From contig MU271194.1 in NCBI GenBank assembly GCA_021432655.1, positions 1 through 64,000 on the forward strand: a DNA stretch of 64,000 nt. Direction: 5' to 3'. A program made the position numbers and the translations under genes. The notes under the pieces are model-generated. The model saw only the letters and a list, made by a program, of their open reading frames with translations. It was not told the DNA's origin and ran no database searches. Within the stretch, counting starts at the first letter, position 1, and every line of letters starts with the position of its first letter. Shown one piece after another: positions 1 through 14,489 of the stretch. Source of the DNA: Atractiella rhizophila. Its lineage: Eukaryota.

Positions 1-195
1 TGCAGGTGGAAGACTCCGTGCGCCAATCTCGTTCTCATTCTCACAGATGAATCAATGTGGCTGGTAGAAAAACGCGTGCTCGACCTATAATCTCCTCGCA
101 GAAGAAGGTATGTCTATACGGTGCCTGTCGCATACTAGTAACTTACGGTAGTTGTAGGGAGGAGAGTCGCGGCTGCCATTCTGCCGTATCGATGA
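1..195 (+). CDS. 3' end of Mth938-like/DUF498 protein (NDUFAF3-like complex I assembly factor), partial
   Basis: Joining exons over two short GT-AG introns gives QVEDS-KNACSTYNLLAEE-GRRVAAAILPYR*. This matches the family C-terminal motif (A..TYNLL.EEGRRVAAAL). Stop TGA at 193-195. Confidence 0.8.
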
Positions 196-448
196 AGAAT
201 GGGGCTAGAGGAGCTCCGCACCACTCAACATTTCATTGCTCAGCGAGTGATAATCTCCGAGAGTCCACAATGTCACACAATTGAGATGGAGAAGCAGAAA
301 TCCTCGAATGGCGAGATCATTTCCTCCCTCCTCAGAGATATCTTTGTTCATTGACACTCAAGAGATGTGATACACTTCCATCATTGAGCTCCATATACAA
401 GAATGATTAACAGACGTTCCATAATAATTACATCAACGAAGAAAGGAA

Positions 449-2216
449 TCAAAACACCTCTTCTTCCACAACAACACCACAATCGCACCTCCTCTTCCCC
501 TCTCCCTCCTCCCGAAACTCATGTTTATGCTGTTTCTCTATCCTCTCCTGCTCCCCTCCTTTCCTACTTGTCCTCTTTCGCAATTCCCTCAACCGCTCCT
601 CAAACTTCTTATTCTTCTTCTTCTTCTTCACCCCTTCCCTTCGCTCGTATTCTTCGTCCAACTTCTCAAGAGAACCCCACTTCTTGATCGCGAACTCTTC
701 CACCTGACACCGAAGGTACAGCATCATGTTGCTGTATGTGGAACGATGTGGGTTTGGCCGTAAAAGATGAGGGAGGACTTCATTGTCCTTCAGCTCAGCT
801 GTTGAGCGAAACAACCATCAACATCATTGTCACGTTCAGAGCAGAAACGATACTCACGATCAGTTAGCAAATAATCGTCCTTACACTCTGTCTTCGTCAG
901 AAGACTATACTTCTCCGGATTCTCATTCTTGCAATTAGCGCACACGCGCACATCGAAAACCTTCTGGAATTGCACATCAAGGTCAAAAGCGCCACAATGG
1001 GTACATTTCGGTCGTTGCGTGGGGTCCGTAGGTACGACGGGGTCGAGTAGACGTCCACCTTTTCCGAGACCCGCTTTCTCTTGCGCCCTCTCGCGCTGTA
1101 GGCGTAACTCTTCGATTTGTTGAAGTTCCCGCAAGCGACGTGGGTCCTCCTCTTCCTCCAAAACCAAGAAGCCCCCCTTAGAGTCTTTGAGGGTTGAGAG
1201 ATTGTAGTCGTAGTATTTGCCCCTATGCCAATGTGAGCAAAGTTGTCACGATTGCTAAAACTTCACCTCCAAACCGCTTTAGACTGGGGGAAAGAATGGA
1301 GGTGTCAAAAATGCATCAGCCTGTATCTCCAGTTTTGGAAACACAACTCGTTGTGAAGATAGCGTGACCTTACGAATACTAAAGTACGAAACACGGGACA
1401 TGGACGAAAACGAAGATGCAATGTATTCCAAATCCGGTTAGTGATGAAGAAGAAAGCAAAATAGATAAAGGACTATGTGAGTTGTATTTCTGATCAGGCA
1501 GAGACAAGTCAAACCCATGTCACCCGTCCACTCGCTCGTCAAAATCTGCTTGACAACACTCTGAACAATAAAGCGGTTCAACTGTACATAACTCCTCCGT
1601 ATATTTGCTCAGGCTCTTCTTCATCGCGCTCTTAAATCTCCATAGAGAGATCTAAGGATATAGGTGAGACAACACCTCACATGTTATTCGGAACCTCTCC
1701 CTTTAGGACAGCAATAAAGGGTTTCGCAGATTGTTATATCGTCCAATGAACATTGAAACTGAGTGGCAAAACATGAAGTGCTATCAGTGCTGACAGCTAT
1801 GCTAAGCTCCGAAAGCATTAGCACGGGACTGCTGACAAAAGCTCACATCCAATCATAAATAACTTCAAATGAGAGAATGAAAGGTCCTATTGCAATCCAT
1901 TCGCCCACGTCTAAAGGGGAAAGACATACAATCTCGAATCCCTCTTCAGCTTCTTCATCTCGCCACTCCCACTCCCGTCTCCCTTACTGTCTTTCCCCCC
2001 TTTCTCAAATCCGCCTGGATCCTCCTCATCCCTCTCAACTCTGAGTCGTTTCCCGTTCGCGTTCACCTCCTCCACACTTGGTAAACTCCCGCGTCCCTTC
2101 GCTTGCTGTTGTACCCGTGCTTTGGCGAGATGTCGGTTGCGCTCGATTTGACGGACTTGCTCAGGAGTCGGAGGTGGATGGGCAGAAGTAGAAGCACTGG
2201 GTGGAGGAGTAGACAT
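449..2216 (-). CDS. RAD14: DNA damage recognition protein Rad14/XPA (3 exons: 2216-1930, 1222-858, 798-449)
   Basis: The spliced product contains [24 protein letters not shown], a zinc finger CTHC...[63 protein letters not shown], and a C-terminal HKHEF...RRCDCG. All are XPA/Rad14 hallmarks. Confidence 0.95.
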
Positions 2217-2508
2217 GTTGGAGGTAAAGTGCTTGCCAGAAACTATGACTTGACTTGGACTCACTACTTAGTTTGGCGTTATTTGTCCCCAGAGGAATGC
2301 TGGAGCACTGGAGCTGGGGAGCATTTGAGTGCTGAGTCCCTGCAGCACAACAGGTCCGTAAGCTGTGAGAGCATCTGCACGGGAAAGCTTCATTGTGTCC
2401 TTTCTGCTGCCGCTCTAACATTTTACGGGAAACATGAATTTCAGCTTTTTGTTAGATCAAGCGCAAACAGTCACGAATAGAGAGCACCATTTTAGATTTC
2501 GTAGAACA

Positions 2509-2946
2509 TCAAGCAGCCTTAGCCCAAGCTTGCTTCCAGGAATAGAGCCCAGCGATTGTTCCGAATATTGCAACCCATGGGCTACCAGGCTGGAAAAGGC
2601 CACTTTCGAGGGACCTATGCACTCTCGTCAATATCCGATACATATCATAGACAGAACTGAGGTATCGAACCAGTGAACCGTCAGCGGAGCATAGCCAACA
2701 TTGACGATAAAATCGTCCCATAAGCCCCTTTCTTGCTGCTCGATAGCCGCAATCTTCTTCCTCTTGTCCCCTTTCTCCGTCCTCGCGACTTCAAGATACT
2801 CTTTCCCTTCCCTCTCATCCGCAGACAGAGCGGGGGAGTCCAAAGCATCCACAGCTCGTTTTCTCAGCTTGAGCAGACGCAGGTCTTCGTACAGGTGCGC
2901 GAATTGGAGGAAGACGTAAAGTGCCCAGAAACGGACGGACCATATT
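2509..2946 (-). pseudogene. 5'-truncated duplicate of the PEX11-family gene (3' half only)
   Basis: Same IWSVRFWALYV...AWAKAA* sequence as 4038-4475, but cut off at the duplication junction at 2946. Confidence 0.75.
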
Positions 2947-3434
2947 AGATGAAGAAGAAAGCAAAATAGATAAAGGACTATGTGAGTTGTATTTCTGATC
3001 AGGCAGAGACAAGTCAAACCCATGTCACCCGTCCACTCGCTCGTCAAAATCTGCTTGACAACACTCTGAACAATAAAGCGGTTCAACTGTACATAACTCC
3101 TCCGTATATTTGCTCAGGCTCTTCTTCATCGCGCTCTTAAATCTCCATAGAGAGATCTAAGGATATAGGTGAGACAACACCTCACATGTTATTCGGAACC
3201 TCTCCCTTTAGGACAGCAATAAAGGGTTTCGCAGATTGTTATATCGTCCAATGAACATTGAAACTGAGTGGCAAAACATGAAGTGCTATCAGTGCTGACA
3301 GCTATGCTAAGCTCCGAAAGCATTAGCACGGGACTGCTGACAAAAGCTCACATCCAATCATAAATAACTTCAAATGAGAGAATGAAAGGTCCTATTGCAA
3401 TCCATTCGCCCACGTCTAAAGGGGAAAGACATAC

Positions 3435-3721
3435 AATCTCGAATCCCTCTTCAGCTTCTTCATCTCGCCACTCCCACTCCCGTCTCCCTTATTGTCTTTT
3501 CCCCCTTTATCAAATCCGCCTGGATCCTCTCCATCCCTCTCAACTCTGAGTCGTTTCCCATTCGCGTTCACCTCCTCCGCACTTGGTAAACTGCCGCGTC
3601 CCTTCGCTTGCTGTTGTACCCGTGCTTTGGCGAGATGGCGGTTGCGCTCGATTTGACGGACTTGCTCGGGAGTTGGAGGTGGATGGGCAGAAGTGGAAGC
3701 ACTGGGGGGAGGAGTAGACAT
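3435..3721 (-). pseudogene. Duplicate copy of RAD14 exon 1 (orphan or alternative first exon)
   Basis: [28 protein letters not shown]...KRDSRL followed by an intact GTATGT donor. It has a few substitutions relative to 1930-2216. Confidence 0.75.
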
Positions 3722-4037
3722 GTTGGAGGTAAAGCGCTTGCTAGAAACTATGACTTGACTTGGACTCACTACTTAGTGTGGCGTTATTTGTCCCCCTCGC
3801 CGAAGGAGCGAGGAGGTGCTGGAGCACTGGAGCTGGAGCTGTTCTCTGGAGCATTTGAGTGCTGAGTCCCTGCAGCACAACAGGTCCGTAAACTGTGAGA
3901 GCATCTGCACGGGAAAGCTTCATTGTGTCCTTTCTGCTGCCGCTCTAAAATTTTACGGGAAACATGAATTTCAGCTGTATTGTTATCAAGCCCAAGCAGT
4001 CACGAATAGAGAGCACCATTTTAGATTTCGTAGAACA

Positions 4038-5012
4038 TCAAGCAGCCTTAGCCCAAGCTTGCTTCCAGGAATAGAGCCCAGCGATTGTTCCGAATATTGC
4101 AACCCATGGGCTACCAGGCTGGAAAAGGCCACTTTCGAGGGACCTATGCACTCTCGTCAATATCCGATACATATCGTAGACAGAACTGAGGTATCGAACC
4201 AGTGAACCGTCAGCGGAGCATAGCCAACATTGACGATAAAATCGTCCCATAAGCCCCTTTCTTGCTGCTCGATAGCCGCAATCTTCTTCCTCTTGTCCCC
4301 TTTCTCCGTCCTCGCGACTTCAAGATACTCTTTCCCTTCCCTCTCATCCGCAGACAGAGCGGGGGAGTCCAACGCATCCACAGCTCGTTTTCTCAGCTTG
4401 AGCAGACGCAGGTCTTCGTACAGGTGCGCGAATTGGAGGACGACGTAAAGTGCCCAGAAACGGACGGACCATATTCCAGCCCGCCCTTGCTGTGCAGGAG
4501 TGAGAGATATGAGGCCTTTAGAGCCGAGGAAGTCTGTGACCCCAACATTGAGGAAGGTCGAAGTTAAGAAACGGAAACGGAGGTCGTACAAGTATGCTCA
4601 AGCGGATAGTAAGCTAGCATAGAATACCCTTGAGCGCGCTCGATCCAGTGATTCAGTTTACTCGTGGGCTTATATCCAGGCTTCTCCAGAGCTTGCAACC
4701 ACGTCAAAATGGGCAGGACACCCCAAATTCGGTAACTATTCCACAACGCCGACATCAGCTTGGTGGAACTTCCAACAGACAGTCATACAGCATTCTCGCT
4801 TGACTAATCTCGCCCAACAACTTCTCCAAGTTGACGAGCTTCGGACCGCTTTGCACCTTAAGAGAGTTCTTCAGCACCCATAGCAGGAGTGTCGTCGAAT
4901 ACTGGATAACCATGAAAAAGCGGTCGGTGCCTCCCCATGTCGAGAGCACGCGAATGAGGCGCTCGAGCGTGGGCGTAGGAGGGACGAGGGAGAAGGGTCG
5001 CGAGAGGGACAT
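4038..5012 (-). CDS. PEX11: Peroxisomal biogenesis factor 11 family protein (PEX11C-like)
   Basis: N-terminal LIRVLSTWGGTDRFFMVIQY, then ISQARML, YYPLEH, WSVRFWALYV, and C-terminal NVGYAPLTVHWSLESGLF...IAGLYSWKQAW. Multi-exon. Confidence 0.8.
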
Positions 5013-6036
5013 TGTCAGGCAGAAGAACCGTCAAAGTTGGAGTGAAAGTGCAAAGTAATTAACAGATCGAAAGGATAAAACTAATAATCATAATACAAAT
5101 TAGATATAGAATGAACGGAATAATAATCGTTCAAGGACAGATCCGAGGCGAAAGGTGGAGAGAGGAGGAAGTTTGTTTGGAAGGTCGGTGAAGCGGAGGA
5201 AGTCGTAAAAGGAGGAAGCTGGAACCGAAACGGGTAACACAGCCTAGGTTCTGTTCACCAAATGGGAGGTGCGAGGGTAGTATGGATGAGAAGTTTAGGA
5301 AGAGTCAAACAAAGATTGCGTAGTATGTGGAATAGGTACCCGAGTTTTAGGAAGCCTACGGACCCTTCCTACACTTGCACCTGTACTCCTTTGACAAACC
5401 GGTCGATTACCAGGCAGAACTTAGCGTTAGCAGTTTCTAGGCCGTCTCATGCGAGCAAGCTGCTGCCTCCTATAAGCTACCTGACTTTCGACGGTAAGTA
5501 CAGCAATCAAGCTGCTTCCTTAAACAACCTTCGCTTGGGTATCTAGACGTTGAAGTAGAAAGCTGTCTGGGGGTTTTGCACCGAGCTGGGCGAATCCTTA
5601 GTGCTCGTGCAGATCATTGTTCGTCAATATGACTCTAGAACAACACGTCTCCCCCTTATTCCTCTTTCGTGAGTGCAGGTCCGTGTTATCCGTACTCTAA
5701 ATGCTATGGCTCACAATTTCCCCTTCGTTTTTTATAGACGGGTAGATAGCCTTTCCACCTCTTACACCCTCGTCTCGAACGACCGCGACTCCATACGTAC
5801 TAAGACCGATGTTAAGCACGTCTGACAGCTTTCCCGTCGTTAGCTCCCTCTTCACACGAGCGGTCAAACTTCTTGATCCGCTATCAGGTTCCAATATATT
5901 AAGCTAATATATCGTCCTAGAACGATGGGCCATTGGCCGTTCCAGAAGGACATTCGGGAACTTCTTATTTCGTTTTCCACCTCCCAGTAGAGCAAGCCGT
6001 AGCGGCCTGGGCTCCACCCTGTTCTGTGCACGCTCA

Positions 6037-6865
6037 NNNNNNNNNNNNNNNNNNNNNNNNNNNNNNNNNNNNNNNNNNNNNNNNNNNNNNNNNNNNNNNN
6101 NNNNNNNNNNNNNNNNNNNNNNNNNNNNNNNNNNNNNNNNNNNNNNNNNNNNNNNNNNNNNNNNNNNNNNNNNNNNNNNNNNNNNNNNNNNNNNNNNNNN
6201 NNNNNNNNNNNNNNNNNNNNNNNNNNNNNNNNNNNNNNNNNNNNNNNNNNNNNNNNNNNNNNNNNNNNNNNNNNNNNNNNNNNNNNNNNNNNNNNNNNNN
6301 NNNNNNNNNNNNNNNNNNNNNNNNNNNNNNNNNNNNNNNNNNNNNNNNNNNNNNNNNNNNNNNNNNNNNNNNNNNNNNNNNNNNNNNNNNNNNNNNNNNN
6401 NNNNNNNNNNNNNNNNNNNNNNNNNNNNNNNNNNNNNNNNNNNNNNNNNNNNNNNNNNNNNNNNNNNNNNNNNNNNNNNNNNNNNNNNNNNNNNNNNNNN
6501 NNNNNNNNNNNNNNNNNNNNNNNNNNNNNNNNNNNNNNNNNNNNNNNNNNNNNNNNNNNNNNNNNNNNNNNNNNNNNNNNNNNNNNNNNNNNNNNNNNNN
6601 NNNNNNNNNNNNNNNNNNNNNNNNNNNNNNNNNNNNNNNNNNNNNNNNNNNNNNNNNNNNNNNNNNNNNNNNNNNNNNNNNNNNNNNNNNNNNNNNNNNN
6701 NNNNNNNNNNNNNNNNNNNNNNNNNNNNNNNNNNNNNNNNNNNNNNNNNNNNNNNNNNNNNNNNNNNNNNNNNNNNNNNNNNNNNNNNNNNNNNNNNNNN
6801 NNNNNNNNNNNNNNNNNNNNNNNNNNNNNNNNNNNNNNNNNNNNNNNNNNNNNNNNNNNNNNNNN
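6037..6865. other. Assembly gap (N run)
   Basis: Run of N bases. Confidence 1.
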
Positions 6866-7060
6866 GATTTTCCGGGCGTCAAGGATCTGGTATTGGATGA
6901 TTGAGGCTCAGTGATGCCTGTGAGTTGAACGAAACTAGGAGGCAGCCCGTGGCCCTCTCTTTTGTAGAAGAAGTTGTCAGAACGCGCTGAGACACTGAAA
7001 AGTTACTTGCAGTATTCCTCTCATCTCAAAGCCATGATGAACGTGCCATTTATCCAATAC

Positions 7061-7513
7061 CTAAACAAATAGTGAGTTTGCGACGAAGAAAATAGAGAAG
7101 AGCAGACGCGCCTTCCTAAAAGTTTTCAATAAGCTGACGTCCATCTTCTCGCTTTCAATCTGCATAAACATGTAGCTAATCCTGACCGACGTCCTTGTTT
7201 CCCTTACATGGCTTGCAGAATCCGTTGTAGGACCCTCAAACCATTGAATAGCTATCAAGCAAGGCAATCCAGCCAAAAACCGGCTATCGCTTGGGTATTC
7301 TACCTCTTTAATACTTTTTGGAACGATAGCATCAAAAACCCTCTTCTCCTTGACGCGGTCGATAAGATCAAGGGTCGCCTTGTTGGTATCAGGATCGTCC
7401 GTGAGAATTGCATCCCAACGACCGCAGGATTGACTATTCTCGACTTGTTGTGGCGTGTTGTGAGCCTTCCATGCGTAGAATTTAATGGGCAATTTGTGGA
7501 ATGTTGGCTGCAT
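7061..7513 (-). CDS. Hypothetical protein exon next to the gap
   Basis: 150-codon ORF with protein-like composition, preceded by a TTTTGCAG acceptor-like site. No recognisable family. Confidence 0.3.
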   Translation of the reverse strand: MQPTFHKLPIKFYAWKAHNTPQQVENSQSCGRWDAILTDDPDTNKATLDLIDRVKEKRVFDAIVPKSIKEVEYPSDSRFLAGLPCLIAIQWFEGPTTDSASHVRETRTSVRISYMFMQIESEKMDVSLLKTFRKARLLFSIFFVANSLFV

Positions 7514-7916
7514 GCTGAGGAGAGGCGGAGATGCTGCAAAAAATTATAACTTCGATAAAATTTACGTGGCTTTGTTGCTGGCGGTTAATCTGGTGGCCGA
7601 CACTGTCTTGTTGGTCAATGAATGCATGCATTCATTCTCTGTAGAAGTAGGTTAACTCCATGCTTAATTTCGGACCCGAGTTTATTTTATGGAATTGCAT
7701 TGTTAGTATTGGTTCATTGTTGGTATTTGAGGTCCAGTGCAGACTGGGTAGGGATGACGCGAGCTCGAACATTGAACGACATGGTACACTGATTTCATTT
7801 AGCCTCTGGAGTTTTACACCTTGAATTGTCAAGAGTCCTATCCACCATTTTCAATCCTGCGTCCCCATGTTCCAGGACATCACATAGTACAATTTTGAAT
7901 TTGAAAAGGTCGAACA

Positions 7917-9660
<1,744 letters not shown>

Positions 9661-9934
9661 TCTGATTTGACGTTGTGCTTGGAGGCGTTAGCTTGATGCT
9701 GAGCTGGGCTTATAAATGAGCGGGTAAATTGTTTTGGGACAGGCTCAACTTTGTTATTAAGGTGCCGATTGGTCAGAACAATATGACAGTTTGTTATGAT
9801 GCATTGGATTGCAAGGTTGAAGACTCAGATAGCGAGGAAATGCAATCAAATTAGCTGTAACACTGGAGAATTGGCGAGCGGGGACTTTGAGTTGCCTACT
9901 CGTCAATTTTTGTTTGCTATGAACCTTCACACTT

Positions 9935-12667
9935 TTACCAAGTCCCAGTCAACAGCTGGTCGTCAAGAGGCCCGCGATCCTGGGAATACTCTAGGGGCCT
10001 ATAAACCGGATCCCACATCCTCTTTCTGACCATTTCCTCAGTCCATCTTCCATCCTTTCCATGATCTTGATCTCGTTTCCTTTCCTCTTTCGCTCCCTCT
10101 GTTTCCGTTCTCTCCTCGATGGCTGCGTTGGCAACAGCAGTTGCAACTTTGCAACTGACTTCACGAACGTTTGCTAGGTCGGGGAGGAGAGGTCGCTCGG
10201 GATCCTGTAAGGCGGGAGAGAGCGCAGCTAGCTCTCTTGCGCCTGCAGTAATCATTTTATCTGTTAATGATGTCGCCCTGCTGATTATTGTCCCGAGTGC
10301 AAGACCGGGATAGATTAGTGCATTCTGAGAAAATGAATGACCGTAACTCTTAGGAGGCTTGCTGGATAACCTACGTTGCATTCGCCAATCACGACCGTTT
10401 TCCCATCATCCGTTTTGATCTGTGGAAAATGGAAGCATGAAGCTAAAGATTGCGAACAGAGAAACGGAGCATACTGGTGGGAACGGTGTGCTGATACAAA
10501 TGGTCAGCGACGGAGAGGCAATGAGAGTAGCTTACCCAGTTGTAATGAGCGCTCTGCCATTGCTCCAATGGTACAAGTCAGCTAGAATGAAGGTCAAATC
10601 ATTGATTTAGATGATTAATGACAAGATTACAAGGATCCGCCTCTGTCTTGGACGTTGGATTCGAAAGAGGGAAGATGACAGGTCGTTCAACATGCTTGCA
10701 CATCTCCTTCACGACCTGTTCCTCCAACTTCGCATAAGTATTGATGAGAAAGCAAGAGAGCTTACCTCCTCATTGAAAGACCCGGCATGGGTTGAACAGC
10801 CAATCAAGATGGTCGGCTTCACATTCTTGATTACATCGAGTAATCCCCAATTCTTCTCAGTCCCTTCTCCGAATGACGGTTCACTCCACTCAGAAAGGTT
10901 GTTTTTATCTTTCGCAAACAGATCTTGACCATGTCTCAACTCTTGGTCTGTGGTTAGCAATCCATTGCTTCAGCAATCCTCCCTAGTATCAGTTCTGGCC
11001 ATCTGAGTAGAAAACTACAAACCGATCGATTCCCCATATTTTGGATGCTGCCTCGTCTTCCGATAGTCCTTCGTCAAGTACCATCGACTGCTTGATGAAG
11101 CTAGCAATTCCGAGTCCAGCAGAACCAAACCCATAAACGACGATTTTCTGCTCTTTCAGGCTTTGCTTTGTCACATGTAGTGCCTAAAACCAATAATCAG
11201 GTTCCATTTGTCTGCTGCCCGTCGGACGCACAGACATAAGAGAAGAGAGAACAACAGCAGCCGTTCCTATTTCTTTATCAGCATGACATGCAATGTTATT
11301 GACCACACGGACCTTGAATGTCATCTGAAGATAGCGGGACGAGGAGAATTAACCTTGAAACAATTTAGGTAGCAACATACCATTAAAGCAACTCTCTATG
11401 TTTTGTGTTAGTGCAAAGAGATTGTCGATGTAAGGGAACATACGTTTTGGTCTGAAGGTGTCGAGCAAGCGCTGAGCATTCGATGCCCCAAAATCCTCAA
11501 AATGTAACAATGCATCGGGAAACCTCTTCCTGACAATATCGCAGAACTTGTTGACGAATGCGTCGTACTCTTGCGGCGAGACACGCTTATGCTTCCAGCC
11601 AAGATAAAGCGGGTCGTTGAGGAGCTCGGTATTGTTCGTACCAACATCCTATCCACCAGCTCTATGAGTTATCTATCCTTGGCGGGTCAAGAAAGGACTC
11701 ACAAGAACAACAGGTAGTATTCGACTCGGATCAATTCCCGCTCCAATAGTGTACACTGCGCTCTTTCCGATGCAGATCAACGTTCCTCCCACTCCCTGGT
11801 CGCCAATGCCCAATATGCCCTCGGCGTCAGTACAAACGATGAGATCCACCTCGTTCTCTGGTTTATGAAGCAACAAATCTTCTTCCATACGCTCTTGGTT
11901 CTTAATCGTCAAGTATGCACCGACCGGCCGTCGGAAGAGATGCGAATACTGTTGAATCGCATCTCCAACTAGCGTAGCACGCAGTCACTCGGAGTATGAG
12001 AAAACGAAGAGAAGCACCCACCGGTTGGCGTGTAAATAATGGGTAAAAGTTCTTTGATATGGGAATGGAGGAGGGAGTAGTAGAGAACTTGATTTTGGTC
12101 CCTCATCGAAGAAAGGAACGAAAATTTAAGCACCTTGCTTGCTGTTCGCCATCCCAGTCAACAACGCATACAAACACTTTCCAGGTGGAAAAGCATACGT
12201 CGAGAATTTAGCTGCTCCCATGCTCTCGCACGTTGGGTCGAAAGGTCATGCACTTCGTAGGGAAGGAAGCTCTAAAAATGAACGAACAAATAATCAGGCA
12301 CTCCTTTTACCAAGCAGTAGAAACTGACCTCAAGGTCGAATCTCTTCCTCTCCTCTCTTGTGAAAGCCGTGCCTTTGTTGAGTACACTGTTGTTTAGCAG
12401 CGCTCTATCTCCCACAGCCATTAGCCGGTCCATTCAACTTCAGACGGGGCAGCTGAGAGCGAAGACGAACCTCCCCTTCAGGGTCGTCTTTATCGGCACA
12501 GCATTCTTATCATGAATCAAGTGCTCATTCGGATCACTCGTCCCTTTTTCTGTATGAAGGTGACGGAGCAAGCTATTCTGGCGTAGATGGAAGTGGGAGT
12601 GAGGGTGCTGACTGTTCCAGACTTTCATGCTTCGTTGTAACGAAGAGGCTCGGACGCAGAGGCTCAT
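9935..12667 (-). CDS. MAE1: NAD-dependent malic enzyme, probably mitochondrial
   Basis: [110 protein letters not shown]. The N-terminus is R/S/L-rich. Confidence 0.93.
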
Positions 12668-14489
12668 GCTGGTCAGGCTTAAATAAAGCAGCGGCGTTGA
12701 AGGAAGTGTCGACTTGTTGGTCCGCAATACGGTCCGATCGATTGAAAGTTGGGCACGTTTATTCTGAGTGGGATTAAGATAAGCAAGCTATCGGCCTCGG
12801 CAAACGGTCGGTGCAGCAGCTGAACCTGTCAAGCAGAAGAGGGAATCAGTCCCGTCCGTTAGATTTATTGACAGCTTATTCTAGTATGGCATTCAAGCCA
12901 TCATAGAAGAAGGGGATGCACAGGTTGCAAACGTGGGGTGATACAGTCAACATGTAACCATTAAATGTTATGCTATGATTAGTACTCAATGACGGTAAAA
13001 ACAATACGGCGAAAAGGAAATCAGCTGAACCATGGCGTAAATGAGATTCGAAGTGGCTCGACGTTCATTAAGAGATATACGCCAGGGTTCATTACAGCAA
13101 AGTGTCAGCGAGGTGACATCAGCATGGGCTATTGTGTACAGAATTGCTAAATAACAGCGAACTGTTTTATATAATGCGGCCTATTAACAGTCTCATTGCT
13201 CTACTACTAAAGTTGTCGAATCTGGATACCAGCTGCGGAGTCTAAACAAAGTAGCTATGAAGGCATTCACGCTTCACGTACAGCTTCTCACCCAGCGTGT
13301 CAGCTCTATCATCTTAAGGACTTAAGAACAAACATAAGCACTGAGCAAGCCACAGAGGTGCTTCTAACTTGTGTCCACGAACAAGTCTTTGCCTCCCACG
13401 GTGTAAGAGTCGGGGATTGGCCAAACACAAACACTGGTACTTCTAGTTGGCACTACTACCACAAAAACCGGGCTCATCCAACAACAAGAGCAGAGTGTGC
13501 ATACCGATGAGCTTGTCCAAAGCGCAAGGTCGCAAAAGCCCTTCCTATGGTCACTCCAAACTCACTTTTCCAACGCACAACCTAACTCACACCCTGAAGC
13601 GCGCTGAAGGTGCCACAGAAGCGAGTGATAGAACAGGGCGAGGGCTTGTTGGTGTCTCGACCGCTTTCGTATAATGAGCTATCTTTGTGTTACTGCTGTT
13701 TGGTGGAATGACGTCATTCGAAACGCGTGATCATGTGACCATCTCAAAACGACCAGTTCCGTTTGAGAGAGAGTCTGGTCAGGCGTAGCTTAGCTGGGCT
13801 TAGAGTAGTTGGTATGCTATCTGTTAAATTGCTGGGGATTGGGAAGTGAGGTAGAGATAAGGTGGAGAGTGTCGCGGGTGGAGTGCAGCCTTGACAAACT
13901 AGCAATGAGTGGAGTGGTACCTTTTTGCCTAATGATATTGGGGAATGGCGTCCTGTGGTACTTTTGGTGCGGGTTTTGTTTCGATTCTTCGTTTTATTCC
14001 GTGGGAAGTAGATGTAGCACGACGTATGGAAAATAAGCTGTGCCAAGAGCTATGGGCCAACTGCTCTACTGTGCTATTCCGCGTCAGCAGGACAAAATAC
14101 TCTCCCAATTTTGGAGGAAACATCTTTTGGGCTAGTTTTCTATGTTAGTGATGACACTGGTCGCTGCGTCTGGTCATCACTCAGCATAATAGTGCTGCTC
14201 CTTAAACAACAAAGGAATGTTAAGCGATGGCATACTTCGACTGCGCAGGAATCCTTGAAAACGCGCTCATAAAATAAAAGAGCTAAAGACGAACCTCCTT
14301 GGTTTCAGTTTCTCTTTGGATGGATCTGAGCTATGTGAGCATCGGATTCTACCCCGCAGATTGGTACAACGATTTGCCCAGCCAGCCAGCCGAAGGGCAC
14401 GGGCACGGCCGATCTCAAAGGGAGGGTATAAGTAGCTGTCTTAAGCAAACGAATCTGCATCAGAACTAGTCACAAGTTTGTCGACAGTC

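Larger units (their letters stand above)
1443..4475. repeat. Tandem duplication, two ~1.5-kb copies (1443-2946 and 2948-4475)
   Basis: GATGAAGAAGAAAGCAAAATAG starts at both 1443 and 2948, and both copies end in GGACGGACCATATT. The duplicated ORFs in the track (1911/3416, 2509/4038) are near-identical. Confidence 0.95.

Noticed and set aside
1441..1493. GTGATGA...CTGA resembling a box C/D snoRNA
   Set aside because: Only about 53 nt long, antisense to the host RAD14 transcript, and with no recognisable rRNA guide.
5933..6904. 323-aa and 282-aa ORFs in the track
   Set aside because: Artefacts of translating the N gap.
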